From a virus: a stretch of DNA of 50,335 bases. The position numbers and the translations under genes were made by a program. The notes under the pieces are model-generated. The model made no database searches. It was not told where the DNA came from and saw only the letters and a program-made list of their open reading frames with translations. The DNA is taken from the IMG/VR virus record IMGVR_UViG_3300009537_000021, positions 1-50,335 of that record. The stretch is one strand, 5' to 3'. Below, piece by piece: positions 44,526-50,335 of this stretch. Numbering within the stretch: the stretch's first letter is position 1; the number at the start of each line of letters is the position of its first letter.

Positions 44526-44795
44526 CTATGTGTCATGTGTGGGGTGTACCTGACGGATTGCCTCACACTCTGGGGTCTGGTCATCGAAGCAGATGGCATA
44601 GTCGATCAAGTGGAGGGGACACAGTGACAAGGACAACGCTGTCTCTGTCAGGGCCTCTCTCGCAACTGGCTCGTACTGATGTGAAGTCCAGAACTTGAAC
44701 TCCGTTAGTGCTTCGTCGTCCGTTGCATTCACAAGGAACTCTCGTAGGAGGTTCGATGCGATGCTGTCGGCGGCTTCTCGTTCTGCGGTAGTCAT
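44526..44795 (-). CDS. Hypothetical acidic protein, 89 aa
   Basis: ORF track; ATGA coupling upstream. Confidence 0.5.
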   Translation of the reverse strand: MTTAEREAADSIASNLLREFLVNATDDEALTEFKFWTSHQYEPVAREALTETALSLSLCPLHLIDYAICFDDQTPECEAIRQVHPTHDT

Positions 44796-44890
44796 GACAT
44801 CAGTCCTATCAGGAATGCTGCTACTAGCGGCAGTCCGATGAAGGCGAATGTACTCATGATTCCGTATACGATGCTGTCTTTGCGGCTCAT
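44792..44890 (-). CDS. Micro-ORF, 32 aa, single TM (MSRKDSIVYGIMSTFAFIGLPLVAAFLIGLMS)
   Basis: Exactly fills the gap between two genes, with ATGA overlaps at both ends. It is below the ORF-track cut-off. Confidence 0.45.
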   Translation of the reverse strand: MSRKDSIVYGIMSTFAFIGLPLVAAFLIGLMS

Positions 44891-45105
44891 GCTGTCACTT
44901 CCTCAAATACGTAGTGGTCTACGAATGAGAGTGCGGCTAACACACTCGCTGCCTCGTAAGCACTCTCGGAGTTTGTGTTGTGGACTGCATCTCTGTAGTC
45001 CCTTTCTGCGTACTTGCGGATCTTGTCGATGTGAGCCTCGAACGAATCAAGCCACATCTCATCGACTTGATTGAGTTCCTTATCGTGATATTTTCCATGC
45101 TGCAT
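44887..45105 (-). CDS. Hypothetical protein, 72 aa
   Basis: AGGAG upstream of ATG 45105. Confidence 0.5.
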   Translation of the reverse strand: MQHGKYHDKELNQVDEMWLDSFEAHIDKIRKYAERDYRDAVHNTNSESAYEAASVLAALSFVDHYVFEEVTA

Positions 45106-45114
45106 GCGGTACTC

Positions 45115-45537
45115 CTAGAAGTTGTGTGCGGTACTGATCTGTGCAATCAGGTCAGCCACGTTGTTGATTGGGTCATCCTCGACAGCGAATGACATCAAGG
45201 CATTCATGTAGTCAAGGAGTTGTGCGTCATCATCATCGTAGGCAAAGGCCATCGTTGCACTTAGCACTTCTGCGGCGGCATTGATGGGGTCTACGTTTGA
45301 GTCACTCCAGTAGTTATCGAGGTCTCTCGATGTCTTTGCGGACTCACTCAAGCATGAACCTACGCTCTCCCACGTTGTGATGAGGAGCTCTGTTCTATTG
45401 GGGTCGGCCCTCAACTCGTCAAGGTCTGACGATGTGAACTCCCTGCGAGCATTGTTATGCTCATCAAGGTATTCTCTCATGTGCGGTTCTCCTGTCTCGC
45501 TTCTAGCTTTGCGGTATTGCTTGCTAGCTAGCATCAT
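45115..45537 (-). CDS. Strongly acidic early protein (140 aa; more likely 121 aa from ATG 45480)
   Basis: ATG 45480 has AGGAG 9 nt upstream, while ATG 45537 has no SD. About 25 D/E against about 7 K/R in the 121-aa form. Confidence 0.55.
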   Translation of the reverse strand: MMLASKQYRKARSETGEPHMREYLDEHNNARREFTSSDLDELRADPNRTELLITTWESVGSCLSESAKTSRDLDNYWSDSNVDPINAAAEVLSATMAFAYDDDDAQLLDYMNALMSFAVEDDPINNVADLIAQISTAHNF

Positions 45538-45622
45538 TGTACAGTCTGGAGGTACCTCCGCACAAGTACCAAGGCTTGCGGATGAGAGAGGTTGGACCTG
45601 GCAGGCCGTCCGGGGCTTGGCC

Positions 45623-45659
45623 TAAGCCGTGAAAGGCCGCTAAAGGCCGTCTAAGGCCG
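45623..45659. repeat. 10-bp phased tandem repeat (T)AAGGCCG x3 perfect, with degenerate copies upstream
   Basis: AAGGCCG at 45633, 45643 and 45653; AAGCCG at 45624; AGGCCG at 45603. Read directly. Confidence 0.7.
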
Positions 45660-45898
45660 GGTACAGCTTCCAAACCTTCCCATTAGTCCACCAGGCGTTA
45701 GGCGGTCCTCCGTGGGGGGTGACGCAGAGCCTGTGGAAGGATATGAGCGCCCCTTCACCTGTTGGTCATGCGGCGGTCCTCCAGGGGAACGGCGGACCTC
45801 CTGTTGCCGTGCGGAGTGGGATCGGAGGAGTGTGCGGAGTGGCGGGGAGGGTGGGGTCACGCATACTGACAAGTCAGAGTGAGGAGTGTGCTGCTTAG

Positions 45899-46183
45899 TT
45901 AACTAGCTTCTTCGACTTGCTTTTCGTTTGCTCGCATGACTCGCTCAAGCTCGCTCGCAGCGATTGCTTGAGTTATGCGCCATCTTGAGCCTTTGTACTC
46001 AAGCTGATTTCTCGCAGCTTTCTTGCGTAAGCTCGCTCTGACTGTCCTTGCATCACGCTCGACTAGCTCTGCTAGTTGCGTCGCTGTGATGTGATTGTCT
46101 GAGTCTGCATTGTCTGCGAAGTATTGCTTCGCTGTCGCTTGTGCATCTTGCTTGATTGACATAATGTCTCGCTTTCTGCACAC
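45899..46183 (-). CDS. First early gene: HTH DNA-binding protein, 94 aa (or 87 aa from ATG 46162)
   Basis: ITATQLAELVERDARTVRASLRK...YKGSRWRI; similar to 39366..39704. Confidence 0.6.
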   Translation of the reverse strand: MCRKRDIMSIKQDAQATAKQYFADNADSDNHITATQLAELVERDARTVRASLRKKAARNQLEYKGSRWRITQAIAASELERVMRANEKQVEEAS

Positions 46184-46228
46184 TCACTCACTCTTAACTT
46201 GTCAATACTTACACACTCGCTGACATAT

Positions 46229-46260
46229 GTTAGAGAAGTGTTAGAGAAGTGTTAAGAGAT
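46229..46260. repeat. 11-bp tandem repeat GTTAGAGAAGT x2 plus a partial copy, in the divergent control region
   Basis: Read directly: 46229-39, 46240-50, then gttaagagat. Confidence 0.8.
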
Positions 46261-46502
46261 TGTAAACTCTATTCTCACACTTGCGCGCTCGCAATCTATA
46301 CAGATTCGCTCGCGATCTACTCTCACGCTCTCACACTCGCAGCAGGGCGGAGCGAGCGGGCGGCGGGCAGTGGGCGGCGGCAGGCGGAGCGAGGCGGAGC
46401 ACGGATTCAGTTTGACACGGGGATGCTTGCGGACGAACACGGATAAGGAGATGAGGGTCCGCCTTAAACTATCCACACTTTCAGGTCAGCTAGGATCTAC
46501 TC

Positions 46503-48788
46503 ATGGACACGCCACCGGATCCCATTCGGACTGAAGGGGGTCGGTTTACAGAGGAAGCCAAGTCTTGGTTCTTCGGACAGGTTCGTAAGGGGAGGAACCC
46601 TTACAAGGTCGGGGAACAGATTGGGATGAATCGTGGCACAGTTCGTCGGGAGATGAGAAAGGTCACTGAGAGGTGGACCGACGGGGCAGACCTGAGCCCC
46701 AGGCAAGTGGCCTCTAGACTTGTAGAGGCGAACACGGACCACAAAGAAGCTGACATAAGACCTGTGGAAGTGGGTCGCCCCATTACCGAGTATGAGGATC
46801 TCAACCCCCAGGCTCAGCAAGCCTATAATGAATTCGGGTACTGGCGAACACGCTATCTGGGCCGTAGGCACATCGTTTGGCAGATTCAGATGGCGCAGAT
46901 TTTGATGGCATGGCTCGAGGAAGCCAAGGCTAAAGGTGAGAGGGTTAGAGGGGTACTGAATACGCCACCAGGGGGTGGCAAAACTACTACGGCGACTCAC
47001 GACCTCCCTGGTTGGGCTATCTGCCGAGACAGAAATATAAGGGTTGGCTTAGGTAGTCGTACCACCCCCCAGGCGACAGCGTATGCCAGACGCCTGAGGA
47101 ACACTCTGGAGAAGAACAACCTACTCAATCTGGAGTATGGCATCTTCAAGCCTGAGAGCCCTGAGGTCTGGCGGCAGGATGCGTTTATCGTAGATGGGGT
47201 TACGGGTTCTGCTGCCAGTATTAACTATAAGCTGGCTCTGGCTGGGTTTGATTATGAAGATCCTCATGTGATTCGCCGTATGGCTGATCCGGGGGATGAG
47301 ATACACCAGATTCTGAAGTCCATCGAGCAGGCTTTCGTGGCAGGGGAGAAAGAGAACACTGTCACCGCCTTGTCTCACCAGATGGGCTTCCTGGGTGGGA
47401 GATTCGACCTGATACTCTGGGACGACCTGGTGGACAATAAGAATAGCAAGACGCCAGAGCAGCGGAATGACTTGTTTGAGTGGTGGGAGGAGTACGCAGT
47501 AAGCCGTCTTGAGCCTGGTGGGGTAATCGGGCTTGTTGGTACAAGATTCGGTAAGTACGACCTCTATAGGCATACGAGAGATATGACCTATACCTCTGAT
47601 GACGACTTCGAGGATCAGTTGATGGGGCGTATCACGCAGGGGATGAGTGACGAGCAGATTGCCGAGATTCGTGAGGACCTGGAGAAAGAGCTCCTCGATA
47701 AGTACGGCGAAGAGCCGATGACTATTGAATCGCCTGTGCCTGATGAAGATGGCATGATTCAGCCCACACGGATGCAGAAGAAGGTCTATAGGTATGTGAA
47801 GTTCCCGGCCCATGACGACGATAAATGCGGCAACCCAGCGAGTCTCAAGCAGATAGACCATGTGGACTGTTTGCTTGATCCCGTGAGGTTCCGCTGGCAT
47901 GACTTGCTACGGGCCAAAGAATCGAATCCGAGGAAGTACGCCCTGACGTACCAGCAAGAGGATGAATCGACCGAGGACAACTTGATTCAAGAGGTGTGGT
48001 TGACCGGGGGTATTGATACTGACGGGCTGGTTGTGCCGGGTTGCTACAACTACGACAGGCGCCTGCTAGAGATACCAGAGGACCTAAAGAAGTCGTCTTG
48101 CTTCTCTATCGCCACCGTAGACCCTAGTGCCCTGAATTACTGGTCGATTCAGTGGTGGCTATGGGATGCTGACGAGGATAAAGACTACCTCATGGACATC
48201 ATGAGAGCCCGCCTCTCAAGCGATTCGTTCCTTACCTACTCAACTAAGAAGAGGGCCTATAGCGGGGTGGTGCATGATTGGCAACAGCGCAGTATCAGCA
48301 TGGGTTGGCCTATTGGGTTGTGGATTATTGAGCAATCTGCCGCACAAAGATACTTGTTCCAGCACACCTGGGTGAATGAGTGGATGCAAAAGACCCGTAC
48401 ACATATAAAGGGGCACGAGACTACCAGCAAGAAGGCCGACCCTGAGTACGGTGTACAGACCCTGAGACCGAGATACAGGCTAGGGCTGACTGACTTGCCG
48501 TACGATCAGGACGACATCAAAACCCGGTATAAGGTAAACGAGTTCAAGCAGGAGCTTGTGGAGTGGCCTGATTCGCCCACTGATGATATGGTGATGGGTC
48601 ACTGGTTCTTGCACTTTAACCGTTACAAGATACCACAGGGGTTGAGGGTGACTGAGGCACACAGCGGGCTAGCCCATCCGTTCCAGGAGAGTATGCCTGA
48701 TCGACTGTCCGAGCAAACCCTCACTGATAGGGTACCTAACCGGGATGACACAGTCCGCCCAGGTCATAGGGCTTCAAGACGACGCTAG
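46503..48788 (+). CDS. terL: Terminase large subunit with an N-terminal HTH extension, 761 aa
   Basis: Walker A TPPGGGKTT, Walker B LILWDDLV, and nuclease acidic residues (IATVDPS, WIIEQSAAQ, TDDMVMGH). N-terminal YKVGEQIGMNRGTVRREM. Confidence 0.85.
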   Translation: MDTPPDPIRTEGGRFTEEAKSWFFGQVRKGRNPYKVGEQIGMNRGTVRREMRKVTERWTDGADLSPRQVASRLVEANTDHKEADIRPVEVGRPITEYEDLNPQAQQAYNEFGYWRTRYLGRRHIVWQIQMAQILMAWLEEAKAKGERVRGVLNTPPGGGKTTTATHDLPGWAICRDRNIRVGLGSRTTPQATAYARRLRNTLEKNNLLNLEYGIFKPESPEVWRQDAFIVDGVTGSAASINYKLALAGFDYEDPHVIRRMADPGDEIHQILKSIEQAFVAGEKENTVTALSHQMGFLGGRFDLILWDDLVDNKNSKTPEQRNDLFEWWEEYAVSRLEPGGVIGLVGTRFGKYDLYRHTRDMTYTSDDDFEDQLMGRITQGMSDEQIAEIREDLEKELLDKYGEEPMTIESPVPDEDGMIQPTRMQKKVYRYVKFPAHDDDKCGNPASLKQIDHVDCLLDPVRFRWHDLLRAKESNPRKYALTYQQEDESTEDNLIQEVWLTGGIDTDGLVVPGCYNYDRRLLEIPEDLKKSSCFSIATVDPSALNYWSIQWWLWDADEDKDYLMDIMRARLSSDSFLTYSTKKRAYSGVVHDWQQRSISMGWPIGLWIIEQSAAQRYLFQHTWVNEWMQKTRTHIKGHETTSKKADPEYGVQTLRPRYRLGLTDLPYDQDDIKTRYKVNEFKQELVEWPDSPTDDMVMGHWFLHFNRYKIPQGLRVTEAHSGLAHPFQESMPDRLSEQTLTDRVPNRDDTVRPGHRASRRR

Positions 48789-48797
48789 ACTGTCCAC

Positions 48798-49088
48798 ATG
48801 GCCATTGCTAGGCAGAACGCTATATCTGTGGGCACAACCGCCACTATTCTTGAGGGCACCCAGCACTACGGTTGGATCCTGAAGAACAACGGCAGCAACA
48901 CTATATTTATAGGCGATAGCAACGTGACCACGGCTAATGGCTTCCCTGTGGAGGCTGGGGACGTATTCTCGCCTGCTGAATTAGCCCACCGCTCCTTGAT
49001 TGGCAGTAACTCTGACAGGCTGTACGGTATAGTAGCCGCTGCTACTGAAGATGCCAGAGTCCTTCTTATGGGTAGGGTGCAGGTGTGA
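48798..49088 (+). CDS. Hypothetical small beta-rich protein, 96 aa
   Basis: ORF track; sits between terL and the tail fibre gene. Confidence 0.5.
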   Translation: MAIARQNAISVGTTATILEGTQHYGWILKNNGSNTIFIGDSNVTTANGFPVEAGDVFSPAELAHRSLIGSNSDRLYGIVAAATEDARVLLMGRVQV

Positions 49089-50335
49089 GTAACCTACTGA
49101 TTTCAGGAGCTCCATTCCTCTCGGAGCCTGACTTCATACATGATGACGCCTCGCACTCGGCTATAAACCATGACGCTCTCACAGGTCTGGCTGACGACGA
49201 TCACACCCAGTACCATACTGACGCCCGGGCCTTGACCTGGCATGGCACTTTGTCAGGGGCCCATGTAACGAATGGCGATACTCATGACCATGCAGGGGGC
49301 GATGGTGCTCAGATAGACCACGGGGGTCTTGCTGGACTAGCTGACGATGACCATACCCAGTACCTGTTGGTTACTGGTGCCAGAAATGTTACTGGTAATC
49401 TGGCCTGGGAAAACTCGTTTGCTAACATCGGAGGTTCTATACAGGCCTATGACGTAACGGGCCGAGAAATCCTGATTATTGAGGGTGGCAACGGTGTTAC
49501 AACCGATGCACGAATCCAACTGTACGGGGCGGGGGACTCTGGCTTCCCCAACGAAATGCACGTCTATCTAGACGAATTGAATCTCATAGGCCCGCTGTCT
49601 GCCCCTACCACCTGGCTTACGGCTGATGAGGCGGCACTAATCCACTCAGCAAAAATCTTTGCCAGGGGCACAGAAGATGTCACCCTCACTAATGACACGG
49701 GCGTGATTGTTGCTGGTTCGTCTGGTGGGCAGCAGGTAGCCATCGACATCAATGAGATTATGTCACGGAACAGCGGTGCCACCGCCACCTTCTACATTCA
49801 GAATGATGGCGGACTGACAGTCTTGGGTGGAGCCTCTGCAAACGGTGGCTTGCGTGTCCACAACTTCATCGAGCTAGACGACTCCAGCACCGTCTTGGCA
49901 GAGGGCAATGGCAATGCCTTTAGAGTCACCACCAATAGCGGCTACATCGAGGTTGGGCCTCAAAACACCTCCTACGCCCACATCTACACTGACCGTGCCA
50001 ATTTCGCCTTCAACAAGGGTCTGTTCCCGTCAAGCAATAGCTCCTTCGATATGGGTAGCTCCGCCTTGCATTGGCAAGGGATTTGGGTGGCCGATGGTGA
50101 TGCTGGTGGCCTCCAGTGGGGCAACGGTGGCGACCGTCTCACCTACGAGGACACGACGAATAAGTGGTACTTCACGTCGGACAACACCGATCATGTCATC
50201 ATCACCTTCGACGCCGCCAACTATGAGTCTCTCAGGCTCACTGATTCGTCCGGAGATAACCATGTGGTCTGGTCAAACAACCCTTACACCAACGGCACCG
50301 GGGACTTCAACAGCTATTGGGACAACGACATCGAC
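49085..50335 (+). CDS. Tail fibre, N-terminal part (open at the window end; continues at 100..486; 545 aa in total)
   Basis: GTG 49085 in a GTGTGA overlap. Two L-x-GLADDDHTQY motifs and the FDMGSSALHWQGIWV fibre motif. No stop before 50335. Confidence 0.75.
   Translation, partial: MSNLLISGAPFLSEPDFIHDDASHSAINHDALTGLADDDHTQYHTDARALTWHGTLSGAHVTNGDTHDHAGGDGAQIDHGGLAGLADDDHTQYLLVTGARNVTGNLAWENSFANIGGSIQAYDVTGREILIIEGGNGVTTDARIQLYGAGDSGFPNEMHVYLDELNLIGPLSAPTTWLTADEAALIHSAKIFARGTEDVTLTNDTGVIVAGSSGGQQVAIDINEIMSRNSGATATFYIQNDGGLTVLGGASANGGLRVHNFIELDDSSTVLAEGNGNAFRVTTNSGYIEVGPQNTSYAHIYTDRANFAFNKGLFPSSNSSFDMGSSALHWQGIWVADGDAGGLQWGNGGDRLTYEDTTNKWYFTSDNTDHVIITFDAANYESLRLTDSSGDNHVVWSNNPYTNGTGDFNSYWDNDID
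50237..50335. repeat. Terminal direct overlap, identical to 1..99
   Basis: See feature 1..99. Confidence 0.95.

Noticed and set aside
45651-45872. A 73-aa minus-strand ORF in the G+C-rich island.
   Set aside because: It has a TTG start and no SD. Its Pro/Arg/Ser/Gly-rich composition is what random translation of G+C-rich DNA gives, and the region is better explained as non-coding repeats.
47121-47900. Long antisense ORFs, for example 47121..47900 (-), 9115..9624 (-), 2026..2601 (-), 37677..38153 (-) and 27263..27712 (+).
   Set aside because: They lie wholly inside well-supported genes. They lack SD sequences and have low-complexity or odd composition, so they are shadow ORFs.
46503-48788. 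An intein as the explanation for the long (761-aa) terminase.
   Set aside because: There is no Cys/Ser...His-Asn-Cys/Ser/Thr splice-junction pattern or endonuclease block. The extra length is an N-terminal HTH segment plus short insertions between Walker A and B.
1-50335. Alternative genetic code or stop-codon reassignment.
   Set aside because: Under the standard code the ORFs are long and tightly packed, and they carry intact conserved motifs. The anomalies are ORFs that are too long at the 3' end, not truncated ones.
1-50335. tRNA, tmRNA or rRNA genes.
   Set aside because: The only sizeable non-coding stretches (45481-45898, 46184-46502) lack a GTTCRANYC T-loop or cloverleaf-like pairing by eye. 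This was not verified with tRNAscan-SE or ARAGORN.

Overview
The window is a complete tailed-phage genome that closes into a circle. Bases 1-99 are repeated exactly at 50237-50335, so the unique length is 50,236 bp. A tail-fibre gene starting at 49085 runs across the artificial ends into 1..486.

The genome has two opposed gene blocks.
- Plus-strand packaging, virion and lysis block (46503 -> junction -> 26032): large terminase with an HTH N-extension, tail fibre with an S74-type chaperone domain, small virion ORFs, and a LamG-like protein carrying about 20 tandem 17-25 aa repeats. These are followed by a putative portal, a 1780-aa ORFan, SLT and LysM proteins, scaffold, capsid, a GT2 glycosyltransferase, an adaptor-like protein, a tail-collar/His-box fibre, a nozzle-like protein and three small membrane proteins.
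- Minus-strand early and replication block (46183 -> 26029): about 20 small translationally coupled ORFans, HTH and RHH regulators, a WhiB-like factor and two nucleotidyltransferases. It continues with a prim-pol/helicase, an SNF2 helicase, DUF6378-like and MazG proteins, a 282-aa ORFan, a thymidylate-synthase-superfamily enzyme, dCMP deaminase and a UDG-fused family A DNA polymerase. It ends with a Cas4-like nuclease, a Sak4-like ATPase, an SSB, VRR-NUC and the endolysin.

I saw no tape measure, tube or sheath, integrase, repressor, tRNA, rRNA or CRISPR array. This is probably a virulent, podovirus-like phage. The WhiB-like gene (C-X2-C-X5-C) points to an actinobacterial host with moderate G+C (about 50% by eye).

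Most interesting signals:
1. A nucleotide-metabolism module whose TS-like enzyme carries the cytosine-type specificity residues of T4 dCMP hydroxymethylase, next to MazG and dCMP deaminase. This is a candidate dC-replacement or hypermodification pathway.
2. A TagD-like plus MobA/LicC-like nucleotidyltransferase pair with a 233-nt out-of-frame overlap, plus a GT2 gene embedded in the virion module.
3. A 420-bp non-coding G+C-rich island with helically phased repeats beside the divergent control region.
4. Unusual repeat architectures in the fibre proteins.

All functional calls come from motif reading by eye. No database search was possible.
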